From contig OX597815.1 of NCBI GenBank assembly GCA_951406725.2, positions 161,014,001 through 161,078,000 on the forward strand: a stretch of 64,000 nt of DNA, given 5' to 3'. Below are positions 13,867 through 26,460 of the stretch, one piece after another. This DNA is from Octopus vulgaris (Eukaryota). The notes beneath the pieces were generated by a model. That model ran no database searches. It worked only from the letters and a program-made list of their open reading frames with translations, and had not been told where the DNA came from. Each line of letters starts with the position of its first letter. The stretch's first letter is position 1. The translations under genes were made by a program, and so were the position numbers.

Positions 13867-14100
13867 TCCGGAGTAAACACATAGATGTGAAACAAGGTGG
13901 AAAAAAGAGTACTCAAATACCAGGGATAGAGTAATATGCTTTATTTAAAAGCAGCAAAAATTCAACAAAACCTGTTACTCGGAGATTCACATTCCCATTC
14001 GTCGGACAGTTTTGTTAAATTTTAACAAAACTGTCCTACGAACGGGAACGTGAAACTCCGAGTAACAGGTTTTGTTGGATTTCTGCTGCTTTTAAATAAG
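13867..14100. mobile_element. Fold-back element with a hammerhead-like motif in each arm, probably Penelope-derived
   Basis: Inverted arms of about 79 bp (13941-14019 and 14021-14099) with essentially no spacer; flanked by TA arrays. Confidence 0.7.
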
Positions 14101-14149
14101 TGTATATATATATATATATATATATATAACACACACACACACACACACA

Positions 14150-14620
14150 TATCATCATTCATCATCGTGATTTTTTAGCATTCGCTTTCCATGCTGGTAT
14201 GGGTTTGACTGGAACTGGTAAGCTGGAGAGCTGCACCAGGTTCCAGTCTGATTTGGCAAGGTTTCCACAGCTGGATGCCCTTCCTAATGCCAACCACTCC
14301 AAGAGTATAATGGGTGCTTTTTATGTGCCACTGGCAGGGGTGCTCTTATGTACCATTGGCACAGGTGCTTCTATGTGCCACCAACACAAGCGCCAGTTAT
14401 GTGAAACCAGCATCAGCCACAAATATGATTTCACTTGGCTTGACAAATCTCAAGCACAGTATTTCACCAAAGGTCTTGGTCACTTATCATCACCTCCGTA
14501 AGGCCCAATGTTTGAAGATCATGCTTCACCACCTTGTCTTATATCTTCCTGGGTCTACCTCTTCCACAGGCTCCCTCCACAGTTAAAGATCAGCTCTTCT
14601 TTACACAGTTGTCCCCATCC
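14150..14620 (-). mobile_element. 5'-truncated RTE-clade LINE (RT C-terminus, 3' UTR, GAT tail)
   Basis: Minus strand reads LTVEGACGRGRPRKI*DKVVKHDLQTLGL (RTE GRGRP..W C-terminal motif), followed by the UTR ttaggaagggcatccagctg...catggaaagc and an (ATG)n tail. Confidence 0.85.
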
Positions 14621-15688
14621 ATACATACATACCTACATACATTCACACACGCGCACGCACACACGCACGCACACACACACACACACACACAAACACACTA
14701 AGATAGTGGCTTTTGTGGCTAAAAAGTCATTTTGACTCTTATTTCTAGCAATGCTGGTACCACTTTGTACCCTTGTCACTTTAATGATGTTTATAAATTT
14801 GCCTGTAGGTTTTAAATTGCTAATAAGCCACCTACATTATATATATATATATATATACCTACATGTGTATCTTTGTGTCTGTGTTTGTCCACCACCAACA
14901 TCACTTTATAACCAGTGTTGGTGTATTTATGTATTGTATTTGTATTTATGTCTCTATAAATTAGCAGTTTGGTAAATAAATTGATAGAATAAGTACTAGA
15001 TTTTAAAAGTATAAGTACTGGTGTCGATACATTTGACTAAAAATTCTTCAAGGCAGTGTCCCAGCATGGCCGTAGTCTAATGACTGAAACAAGTAAGAAA
15101 TAAAAACTAAATAATTCAATAAAAATTCTTCCAAAACATTTTATAATTGCAGAATAATTAAACATTTAAAATTAGCTTAAGTGTGATTTTGTTCTGAATA
15201 AGCTTAAAGACTATTGTTTACATGGAGTAAAGCATATCACTGACTTAGCATCCCGCTGTATATTACAAACACTTGTTTACTACAGATGAAGGGAAGGTAA
15301 GGTCAACCCTGGTGAAATTTCCATTTAGAATGAGGATAAACAGTAAAATTATGTAATACTAAGTCAAGTGCATTAGTCTCTCAGTTAACTTGACAAACCT
15401 TTTCGTAAACACAATGATAGTATCTCAAATATCTGCATGTACCAGCAGGAAATTATGGAATCCACTCCTAAATGTCAATTGCTTTTATCAGCAGAACTCG
15501 GCTACATAGTTTTATTCATTGTGATTTGGTATAGAAATTTTGTGCTAAGATGTTTACTTCCTAGCCACATGGTTCTGGGTTCAGTCACAGTGCATGGCAT
15601 CTTGGGCAAGTGTCTTTTGTTATAGACTTTGACCAGCTAAAGCCCTGCCCTGCAAGTGGATTGGGGGACTAGAAATTGAAAGAAGCCA

Positions 15689-15732
<44 letters not shown>

Positions 15733-15929
15733 CTTATGTACGTATGGATATCTCTTCTGTTTTTTAATAGAAATCCTCCACTGAGGAAGGAGCCAATTTC
15801 CCACAAAGATAGAAGGCTCCATTTTTGGGATGTAGTTAACACAGACAAATTTACATTTGGAACTTGAGAAAAGCCTTGCATATTTTTACTGTGTGTGTGT
15901 GCATGTATGTATGAATGTATGTATGTGTA

Positions 15930-16228
15930 AAAGTGTATGGCTTAATGGTTAAGGTATTTGGCTCACAATCATAAGGTCATGAGTTCAATTCCTGATGATG
16001 CATTGTGTCCTTAAGCAAGGCACTTTATTTCACATTACTCCAGTCCACTTAGTGGGCAAAATTGAGTGGTATCTGTAGTTCAAAGGGTCTGCCTTGTCAC
16101 ACTGCATCACGTTCAATCTGCCTGAGAAATGCATTTAGGGTACACATGTCTGTAGAATGCTCAGAGCAGCCTGTTCTGTTGATCAGATCAACTGGAACCT
16201 TTAATGTCATAACTGACTGAATGCCAGT
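15930..16228 (+). mobile_element. tRNA-derived SINE; body shared with 29110-29459
   Basis: A box tggcttaatggtt, B box gagttcaattcc; body gccttgtcacact...agggtacacatgtctgt...gatcagatcaactggaacc. Confidence 0.75.
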
Positions 16229-16769
16229 TATGTATGTATGTATGTATGTATGCATGTTTGTGTGTATGCATGCTTGTGTGCATGTGTTTGTGTCTCCTTG
16301 TCCTGACATCATGTGACATGTGTAAAATGATTGTCACTGTCAGAAAAGTGGTGTCATTCATTTCCAGTATCCTGTAAGAACATGTCTGGCCATGGGCAAA
16401 TATTACTTTGCTCAGAAACAGGTGAGGGTTGGGGACAGGAAGGGCATCTGGCTGTAGAAAATTTTCCTCAATAAACACTGTCTGGCCCATGTAAGAATAG
16501 AAGGATGTGAACATTAAAAGGATGATGCTGATGGAGATTTTAAATCAAGTAATGTATATGAAGGAAATGAGCCACGTGGCTTAATAATTAGGGAGTTGAA
16601 CTCAAAATTGTAAGGTTATGAATTTGATCTGCAGAATGGGCAGCATGCTGTGTTTTTGCACAGACACTTCATATTATGCCATGCTTGTCCACTCACCTGA
16701 AAATGAGTAGACAACAGCTGGGAACTAATCACATCACAGACTGGCATCTTGGAAGTATACAGCAACTTC

Positions 16770-17172
16770 AGTGGAGGTGCAATGGCCCAGTGGTTAGGGC
16801 AGTGGACTCGCAGTCGGAGGATCGTGGTTTCAATTCCCAGACCGGGCATTGTGTGTGTTTATTGAACGAAAACACCTAAGCTCCACGGGGCTCTGGCAGG
16901 GGGTGGGGTGGCGACCCCTGTTGTACTCTTTCGCTCCAACTTTCTCTCACTCTTTTTTCCTGTTTCTTGTCCCCGACTTCCTACGTAACCGCTGAGCCTG
17001 GATGCGCATTCATCCATTTGTCGATGCTCTTGGTGTCGGGGATTGACCTGCTTTCTCCTCTGCAGGTCTTATGAATAGCAAAGGACCACGTTTCTGACTT
17101 CTCCCACGACAGAGGCGCGATCTTGAGAGCTCTGGGTAGAAGACCGCTTCACCCAACAAACAAACAAACAAA
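16770..17172 (+). mobile_element. tRNA-derived SINE with (AAAC)n tail
   Basis: Head agtggaggtgcaatggcccagtggttagggcagtggactcgc...ggtttcaattccc shared with 29459 (minus strand); CpG-rich body; caaacaaacaaa tail. Confidence 0.8.
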
Positions 17173-17222
17173 GCAGCAACTTCAATAGTCTAGTGCGTAA
17201 TTAAAAGAAGTTACGTTGTTCA

Positions 17223-17600
17223 TTTTTACCTCCATCTTAGCAAGGGTGGAGGTATTGTTTTCAGTTACATTTGTTTGCTTCTTTGTTTGTCTGTGGACAA
17301 GATATCTCAAGAACCGCTGGACGGATTCGGATGAAACTTTCAGAGATATTTTGCCTCATAACTGGCACAAACTGATTAGATTTTGGGATCAATATGGTAC
17401 TGGACAAGGTTTCTGAATTATTTTTCCATTTTTTTAAACGTAATTTTCAAGAGCAGATGGGTTCATTTTCAGTATTCTTGTTTGAGAGAACAGTCGAGTT
17501 TATTTCACATATTCTCATTTTAACAATCATCTCCAGTTAATTGTTGAGAGGACGTTGGTGTTGTCTTGGTGGAAATTTGCACTCTCTGAGTGCTCTTGTT
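17223..17600 (+). mobile_element. Non-autonomous Helentron-type (HINE/DINE-like) element
   Basis: 5' ttttacctcca...ggtggaggta palindrome, (TTTG)-like repeat, gatatctcaagaaccgctggacggattcggatgaaacttt core, 3' ggtggaaattt plus gcactc-tct-gagtgc hairpin ending in tt. Confidence 0.7.
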
Positions 17601-17900
17601 AAAGTTTGTTTTTGTATAAAGATAGCTTCGAGTGATTATTAACCCTAACTACAAATCCTTCATATTTCTGCTATGTTTTATACTTATAACTGTGTGTGCA
17701 TGTGTTACCTTTAACTTTATTCAGTCACTGGGCTGTTACCATGCTGAAGCACCACATTGAAGGGTTTAGTTAAATTCACTGACCCCAAATAGCTCTTTTT
17801 TTAAATATGGCACTTATTCTATCATCTCTTTTTGCTGAACCACACACAAAGCTGTGAGGAACATGAACAAACCAGCACTGATCGTCAAGTGGTGGTGTGA

Positions 17901-17940
<40 letters not shown>

Positions 17941-18896
17941 CTTGGACACCTGAGCCCGATGATCTAATTTTCTGTAAGAAGCCTATAAAATTCCAAGTTC
18001 CATGGAGCCAAACCAAACTTTTTTAAATATCAATATATATAACTCTTAAATATGCTGAGTGCCTCTTTCTTTTGTTTGTCCATTCATATATATGTATATG
18101 TACATATACATATGTATGTATATGAGTGTGTGAATGTATATGTGTGTGTATGTAAATGTGTGTGTGTGTATATATGTAAATATATACACATACACAACAG
18201 GCCACCATACAGCCTCCCCATCCACTAAACTCTCTCCCAAGGCATTGGTCAGCCATGAAGTGAGACCAAATCCAAAATCACATGGCTGCAAAGGAAGATT
18301 CTCAACCATGTAACCATGTCTGTCTTTGCTATGTCTTTTGCCTGAATATCATCAAGAAGTTTGCATTGCACTCAAGAGATTGCCTTGTGTGACACCTTGA
18401 GTAAATGTCTTCTTCTGTGCTCCTGAGTTGATCCATGACTTATGAGTAAAATTCAGTTAAATGGAAAATGTGTGAAGGCCTTTGGGATTAACTCAGCTGT
18501 GTTGCACATAGAATTGAGCTGATTCTTCTTGAGACTTTCATTAACATTACAAATATCTGGAATACTCAACTGCTTAGCTTGTATAGAATGTGTAGACAGT
18601 TTCATTGTATCAACAACTGGAATACCTATCATCAAATATAATAACAAATCTAATGTGTATATTTATATGTTAGATTGTTTTGTCTGATGATGCCTGTCAC
18701 CAGTGAAACCTTAAGGCCATGGTCAACCTTTTGCTTGTTAAACATACAAATATATTTTTATATGTATATAGTATGTGTGTGTTTTTTCTCCACTACCACT
18801 TGTTAATCGGTGTTGGTTTATTTTAATGTTTGTGTATTAATGTTTATTTTTATTTCAAGTCAGAATAAAAAGAATTTTGCATTAAGCTGAAGAATT

Positions 18897-19265
18897 CATC
18901 ATTATCATCATTTAACCTCCGTTTTCCATGCTGGTATGAGTTGGACAGTTTGACTGAAAACTGGTAAGCTGGGTAGCTGCACCAAGTTCCAATCTGATTT
19001 GGCATGGTTTCTATAGCTGGATGCTTTTCCTAATGCCAACTACTCCTTCAGTGTAGTGGGTGCTTTTTATGTGCTCCCAACACCGGTGCCAGTTATGAGA
19101 CACCAGCATTGGTCATGACTATGATCTCACTTGACTTGACAGGTCTTCTCAAGCATGCTATATCACCAACGGTATTGGTCACCTGTCATTGCCTCCATGC
19201 TCAATGCTCAAACTGCTTTTTATGTGCCACCAACATAGGTGCCAGTCATACTGCACTGGCATGGC
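18897..19265 (-). mobile_element. RTE LINE 3' end (truncated)
   Basis: catcatcat tail, ttccatgctggtatgagttggacagtttgactg UTR, and RT-end homology to 14430-14500. Confidence 0.8.
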
Positions 19266-19289
19266 TTTTTAAAGTACATATTTTTTAAA

Positions 19290-19621
19290 GTACACTTGTG
19301 CCGGTGGCATGTGAACAAAACATTCGAACGAGGTCATTTGCCAGTGCTGCTGGACTGACTCCTGTGCAGGTGGCATGTAAAAAACACCATTTTCGAGCAT
19401 GGCCGTTGCCAGTACCACCAGACTTGCCCTCGTGCTGGTGGCACTTTAAAATCACCCAGTACATTCTCAGAGTGGTTGGCGTTAGGAAGGGCATCCAGCT
19501 GTAGAAACTCTGCCAGATCAGATTGGAGCCTGGCACAGCCATCTGGTTCGCCAGTCCTCAGTCAAATCGTCCAACCCATGCTGGCATGGAAAGCGGACGT
19601 TAAACGATGATGATGATGATG
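19290..19621 (+). mobile_element. RTE LINE 3' UTR copy (young)
   Basis: ggcgttaggaagggcatccagctgtagaaactctgccagatcagattggagcc...gcggacgttaaacgatgatgatgat. Confidence 0.85.
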
Positions 19622-20340
19622 TTTATTAAGTTTTAACAAGAATGTCTTTCTAACCTTCACAAGGCTAGCAGGCCAAAACTTTGAACTCACTGTTAAAAAT
19701 ACTGTTGCACACATGCATGCGTGTGTGTGTGTGTGTATGTGTGTGTACATGCAAGTGTTTGAAAGAGTGAAGAAGAATGACATTTCTGATAATTATTTTC
19801 CACTTGAATGCATAGATGTTTACAAATTTGTAAACATCTATTCATTAAAGTGGAAAATAAATATTGGAAAAGTCATTTTTCACTGTTTAAATATAAATAC
19901 TAAGGATTCTTCTGTTTCTATTTCTATTGTATACATATAAAGAGAGAGAGAGAGAGAGAGAGCTACATAGGCGTACATAAACAAGCACATATGTATTCAT
20001 GCATCTGTAAGTTTGATTGTATACATTTATACATACCTAATATATACATGGCACAAAAACCTAGAAATACTTGGTTTCATGGAGAAGGGGTAAAAGAAAC
20101 TGACATGGATTCTCCAAACCCAATCTACTAGAAGCGCAGTGAAGATTTGTAAGATATTCCAAAAATTCTTCATCTAAAATTCTTATGTGTATAGATGCCC
20201 ACACTTTAGTGTATGCATTGACTGATAAAATAGGTACCAGGATTTTTTTTTAAATACGTACTGAATAAAATCCTTTAAGGTGGTGTCCTAGCATAGCTGC
20301 AGTCTAATGATTGAAACAAGTAAAAAATAAGATATACTTA

Positions 20341-20553
20341 CAGAGTCCACTAACAGAATGTACACACACTTCAGGAAAGCAAAAATCTGTATAAATATTT
20401 TTATTCAGTGTTATTGCAATTTATTCAGTGTTATCACAATTCGATAAAACATTGAAAGTGGTATCTATATTTATAGGGGTACTTATTCAGGTTAAATATT
20501 TATACAGATATTTCCTTTCCTGAAGTGTGTATACATTTTTGGGGTGGACTCTG
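20341..20553. mobile_element. Tc1/mariner-type MITE
   Basis: Imperfect TIRs of about 60 bp (cagagtccac...cacacttcaggaaag..aaatctgtataaatattt and its reverse complement ending gtggactctg), TA on both sides. Confidence 0.88.
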
Positions 20554-21141
20554 TATATACAAACATGTGTGTGTATTTATATATATGTTTACAAACTAAC
20601 TAAAACAAAATTCAATCTCTGAAATATATCATCTACTTAATGTGAGATTTCAAAATACCTGTTCACTCTGTTAGAAAATGAGAAGTGTGGACATATGTAC
20701 TACACCATGTGTGTATGTTCATAATAATTGAGCCAAATTTTGTTTCAGGTGACTATATAAAATAAGAAAGCATAGTAAGAATGAAGTCATACAGACATAT
20801 TTGTATGCGTTTTTGTATATACATTATATATAGAGTAGGTAGTTAGGGTAAATCCAATATGTTTTCTCTTGAAGTACATCTGCTTATTTGATTATTATAA
20901 TCTAATATGTAGTCTCGGTAGCTGCTGTATGTTAGTCAAAATACACATCAAAATTGAGAATTATGGAAATATTATTTGCAGAGTTATTGTATAACAAAAC
21001 AGAGAAATGGAAATTGTTTGGTATTATTTATTCTTCATAACACACGTTTCGTTTGCTAATAGGAATTACAATGTTTTACATGTTAGAAAGACATGTAAGG
21101 AATTTCCTATTTGAAATTCTTCAGAGAAATTAAATATGTAT

Positions 21142-21185
<44 letters not shown>

Positions 21186-23441
21186 ATGAAAGAAAGAAAG
21201 ACTTATGCATGCACACACACACACACACATCATTTTCATTATGATCATCCTCATTATTTAGCATTCATCCTCTATGGTATGGGTCAGAAAGCTTGACAGG
21301 ATCCAATGAGTTGAAGGACTGCATCAGTGCTCTTGTGTCTGCTTTGGCATGGTGTCAATGGCACCATACCCTTGCTAATGCCAATTACTTTACAGAGAGT
21401 TCTGGAGCCTTTCCTTGTATAAGAACTAGTGTGTTTGCCACATAATTCACTAGACTAAAATCCCCTATGATTAAGTGAGACTGTACAAGAGATGGAGGTG
21501 GATTTCTGCTAGGTGTTGAGAGGTTAACATATGAGAGAATGGGCAGAAACCAGATTCTTGCTTGGAGGAGATACATGACTACCTTGCTAATATAGGAATA
21601 GTTGATAGTAAGAAAGATGAGAATGGTGGTGGCAAATTGTCTGGAGGAACACTCAAGTTGCAAGAAGAATAAAAGAGAGATTGGATCTAGAAGAGCAGGA
21701 AGGCTGATAGGGGCTGCAGGAATGTATGGAAAGAGTGAGCTATGGTTAGAATGAATGGGTGGTGGTATATCTAGTGAATTATGAACAAAGGTAGAAATGT
21801 AGTCAATGATAAATATGAATTAGAATGAAAGTGAGGGCGAGTAGGTGATGATTGGTAGTGCAGAAATGGCAAAGAACAGCCAAATAATAATAATACAGTC
21901 AGAGAGATATGATAAGTGGTAGGTTGCAAGAGTGTGTAGGGAGAGCAAGAGCCATATTTTGATAGGGCAGATCAATGGGAAATAGAGAGATTGATAGAGA
22001 ACTGGTAACATGAAGAGGGATCACAGTAAAATGTGAGAGGATAGGGACAGTGTTAAGAATGAAAGATGGATGTCTATACAAGTGGTTCTGGGTCTGGGAA
22101 AGACAACTAATAGCACAGAAAAGGATGATGAAATATAATTCTGCTCTCATTTAATTAAATAGGTCTGCCAGGGTTAAACATCACCACCAACAATGTAAGT
22201 TTTATAAATTTAACTTGAAAATGAGTTTTAGAAACTTAAACTCCCAGCAGGATTTTATACAACAATCAAATAATAAATTTCATGAATTACTGTCATATGA
22301 CAGCTTTTTACATCATTCACTTTTCTCACAGCCAAGCAGGGATCACAACTGCATGAAGCATACAATGAAAAGGTTTTCATAGAAATCTATTTCTTGCCAG
22401 TGCATTTTTATAAAATTAGCAATTTCTCAAGGCTTAGTAAATTGCCTTGTTGAAATAAGAGAATGGAAGCTATTGTCACAGGCATTTCTTAGAGCTACAG
22501 GTTATGATTCAATTGATACAGAGTTTGTTGCATTTCACTCTTTCTCACTACGAAAGAAATTATTAATCTTGGAACTAGATTCTTTCAACAAATGAGTGTT
22601 CTAATTAAAATCTTCAGAGTGTCAGAGATATATATATATATATTATTAGAAGTTCCATTACTTCCTGCTAATATTGTCTTCAGCTTCTTCTATAGAAACA
22701 TCCTCATCTTCAAGGATGCTTTGTATCAAACAACATTTCCCAAATTTGTTAGCAATTATCATATTTATTTTATTCTTGATATTCTAAAATTTTTCAAAGA
22801 GTTAATGCAAGTATGTGAAAATTTTTTTTTATATAAATGTATAAAACCAAAGAATACATGAAGACTTTTGAAATTTTCACTTTTTCTATTTAGGTTAAAC
22901 TAATTAAATTATACAATTATAAAAAATGTAATATGATTAGCTTCAAAAACACAAGTAAAATATTAGTGTGAAAATCTTTTGTTTTCAATCAGTTGTTGAA
23001 AAAAGTACTCTAGGAGCGATTTGAATTGATTTTAGATAGTTGTAGCACTAATCTATTATTCTCTGAAGCTCAATAGTTGTCACTGGATTTGATATTGGTT
23101 TTAAGTTCAAAATTTTATTGGACAACAAAAAATAAGAAATTGAAATGGAGAAAACCAAAAAGAAATGGAAAGGATTGTTTTAAATAGAAATACACACTAG
23201 AGTGAGAGGGTGAAATGGTGAAAGAGAAAGAGAGAGAAGGGAAGGAATTAAAAAATAATTGGAAAGGTGGAAGTAAAATAATGATAAGATATGGAACACA
23301 TGAAATGGGAAGGAAAAGCAAAATAACTTCAAAGTTAAATGAATAAACATATTTCTACTGAAAGAAGTATACTCTCTTTTGTTCTGTCATATATATATAT
23401 ATATATATATATATGCATACTCCAATATACATCTACATATA

Positions 23442-23905
23442 TCATCATCATCATCATCGTTTAACGTCTGCTTTCCATGCTAGCATGGGTTGGACAATTT
23501 GACTGAGGACTGGCGAACCAGATTGCTGCACCAAACTCCAATCTGATCTGGCAGAGTTTCTACAGCTAGATGCCCTTCTTAACGCCAACCACTCCGAGAG
23601 TGTAGTGGGTGCTTTTATGTGCCACTGGCACGAGGGCCAGTCAGGCAGTACTGGCAGTGGCCATGCTCAAATGGTGCTTTTTATGTGCAACCTGCACAGG
23701 AGCCAGTCTAGCGGCACTGGCAATGACCTCGTTCGAATGTTTTTTCAGGTGCTACCAGCACAAGTGCCAGTAAGGTGACATAGGTAATGATCATGCTTGA
23801 ATGGTGCTTTTTATGTGCCAGCTTGTTGCTCTGGCAACAAACATGCTTGTATGGTACTCTTAGCACTCCACTAGCACAGATGCCAGTCATCGAATTTGAT
23901 TTCGA
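23442..23905 (-). mobile_element. RTE LINE 3' UTR copy with internal gtgcca..ggcac repeat units
   Basis: Reverse complement closely matches 19290-19621; (CAT)n at 23442. Confidence 0.85.
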
Positions 23906-24359
23906 TGCATACTCCAATATATATCTGACTTCTTCCCACTCTATTGTTATATTCATCTCTCACTCTCCTCACACTCTTGCAGTATTACAGTATTACTCAC
24001 CCCTGTTAATTCTACTCTTTCCATACAGTCCTCTTTTCACCTACATGGATATGTTACCTTGAAGGTATAACTGGCCCCTTTGTACCAGAATATTTACCTC
24101 TGTTTGTGACATCAATCCAGCCATCTCCACCGACTCCTATAGAATGCAAAAGAGTGATAAAACTCCCCCACAACAAACCTACCATCCCTCCTGCATCAAT
24201 CTCTCAAAGCCTTGCATAAAACAACCACTCTTTTGTATTCTCTCTCATGAGTGATGAAGCACTTTAGTCATGAGAGTTACAAGGCTAATGATGGTGCTAC
24301 AAAAAAGCTCTCAGTCTAGTGAGAGATAAATACCATTTAATGAATATAGGAGTTATGAG

Positions 24360-24527
24360 CAGGGCCAACACTTGGGTTGCTGGTGCCCCAGGCAAGCTGA
24401 ACTTCGGTGCCCTTACAAGTATAATTTTTTTTAACTTTCACAAAGAGGATTAACTGAAAATGTAGACTAAAAAGTACATGGTGCCCTGGACAACTACCTG
24501 AGTTGTTGATACTTTGAGCTGGCCCTT
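24360..24527. mobile_element. hAT-type MITE
   Basis: Perfect 8-bp TSD gttatgag (24352-59 and 24528-35), termini cagggcc and ggccctt, subterminal ggtgccc repeats. Confidence 0.85.
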
Positions 24528-24644
24528 GTTATGAGTGAGCTACTTTCAGTTTCTGGCTTGAACAGTGCAGCAATAGTACAGGCCAGCATAGTGCATTGTG
24601 CTTGTACAACTTGTGTATTCACACACACACACACATACATACAG

Positions 24645-24955
24645 GGTAAAGACCCCCTTCAGTCATGAATGACCATGGGATTGCACCTTGAAAGTTACCC
24701 TCTGAGGCACAAGTCCAGGCAAGGTTGTTTATCGAAGACTAGTAGTCACCTATACATACCAGGTTCCCCTCTCTATGGCACCAATGTTATCCAAGGCCCA
24801 CTACAGCTAGGCACCAGTAATGTTGCAACTCATTTCTACAGCTGAGTGAACAATGTGAAATAAAGTGCTTTCTTCAAGAACACAACACACAGCCCAGTCC
24901 CACTCACAACCTCACGATTGTGAGCCTGATGTTGTAACCACTGAGCTATGTGTCT
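24645..24955 (-). mobile_element. tRNA-derived SINE
   Basis: Minus-strand head gacacatagctcagtggttac..., then gtgttcttgaagaaagcactttatttcaca; ends ctttaccct. Confidence 0.7.
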
Positions 24956-25060
24956 TCGATGTATACACAGACATGCAGGAAGTAAATAGACATCTTTAAT
25001 CTTCAAAATCTTTTATTTAATATGCAAGGCAAACAATTGAAATGTATTCGATAGGTAGGA

Positions 25061-26035
25061 CTACATACTGGAGTATTTAGTTGACATTCCCTTTGCAGTT
25101 TTTAATTCAGAAACTCTTTTTGGCATTGAACTGATGAGCTTTGTAATTGTCTCGTGTGGAATTTCTGCCCACTTTTCATGCAACAATCGAAACAATTCAT
25201 CTTTAGATTTAGGTTTCTGTCACGTTTTTCATGTAGCTCTATCTAGTATGCTCCAAAGATTTTCAATATGGTTCATATGAGGAGATTGGCTCAGCTAAGG
25301 AAGCTTTTTGATCCCATTTTCAGTCAGCCATTGTTGATTCTTTTTTGCTGTGTGGCATGAAGCCCCATCTTCCACGAATGAAAAGTATTTCGATGTATTT
25401 TTTAGAGTTTATGGTTCCAACACATTCAATCAGCTCAGAACGACCATTGCTGGTGACAGCTCCCCATACCATTACAAGATACCGCGATGTTTCACAGTTG
25501 ATCGGAGTTGTTTCAAATCAAATTCTTGATTGGGAAGCCTGCAGACCCAAACACATCTACTGTCTGAAAATAATGCAAATCTGGATTCATCTGAAAAAAT
25601 CACTCTATTCCAAAATGAACTGGATTTTTCTGACACCTCCTTAGTCCATTTCTTTCTTTTCATCATATTAATTGGTTGAAGGAGAGGTTTTCTTCTAGCT
25701 GCTCATCCATAATACCCAAGCTTATGCAGAAATGTAACACATGTTCTTGGACTAACTTCTAACTGTTTTGCAATGTCAGAAGCCTTCAAACAGGGTTCAT
25801 TTCCCACAGTTCTCTTCAAACAGTGAAGCTTCCTTTCCAAGGGCCCAAGTCAGCCAAGATGAGAATCTGTTGATTCTTTTCCTTGGCTTTTGAATTGCAT
25901 TATAATTCTATTAACAGTAACAAGAGGAATTTGGAGATTTTCAACAATTTTCCACTGGCTAAGACCAGCTCAGATTGCCCAACAGCACAACCTCTTTGAA
26001 AATCTGACAGTTCAGCTGAATTTTTTGTGCGTGGT
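25061..26035 (-). pseudogene. Tc1-family (DD34E) transposase remnant
   Basis: WNRVIFSDESRF, TVKH, SQSPHMNHIENLWSIL (consensus SPDLNPIENLW) and LISSMPKRVSELKTAKG; frameshifted. Confidence 0.92.
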
Positions 26036-26063
26036 ATGGTTACTCTTCACAAATGTTTAATAT

Positions 26064-26460
26064 AGGTGCAGGAGTGGCTGTGTGGTAAGTAGCTTATTTA
26101 CCAACCACATGGTTCCAGGTTCAATCCCACTGCATGGCACCTTGGGCAAGTGTCTTCTACTATAGCCTCGGGTCGACCAAAGCCTTGTGAGTGAATTTGG
26201 TAGACGAAAACTGAAAGAAGCCTGTCGTATATATGTATATATATGTATGTGCGTGTATGTTTGTGTGTCTGTGTTTGTCCCCCTAGCATTGCTTGACAAC
26301 CGATGCTGGTGTGTTTATGTCCCCATCACTTAGCTGTTCGGCAAAAGAGACCAATAGAATAAGTACTGGGCTTACAAAGAATAAGTCCTGGGGTCGAGTT
26401 GCTCAATTAAAGGCGGTGCTCCAGCATGGCCGCAGTCAAAATGACTGAAACAAGTAAAAA
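26064..26460 (+). mobile_element. Full-length tRNA-derived CORE-type SINE (family A reference copy)
   Basis: A box tggctgtgtggt, B box ggttcaatccc, core ggcaccttgggcaagtgtctt, central microsatellite, tail ggcggtgctccagcatggccgcagtcaaaatgactgaaacaagtaaaa. Confidence 0.9.

Noticed and set aside
23605-23890. Palindromic repeats with variable spacers as a CRISPR array
   Set aside because: Repeats are short and degenerate, spacing is irregular, they lie within a eukaryotic LINE 3' UTR, and there are no cas genes
24242-24276. ctctcatga-gtgatga...tcatgagag hairpin as a hammerhead remnant
   Set aside because: A 9-bp stem and UGAUGA are present, but GAAA and stems II and III are missing
26064-26140. 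tRNA genes at SINE heads (also 16770, 29459, 33148, 37080)
   Set aside because: A and B boxes are present but there is no complete cloverleaf, and they continue directly into repeat bodies
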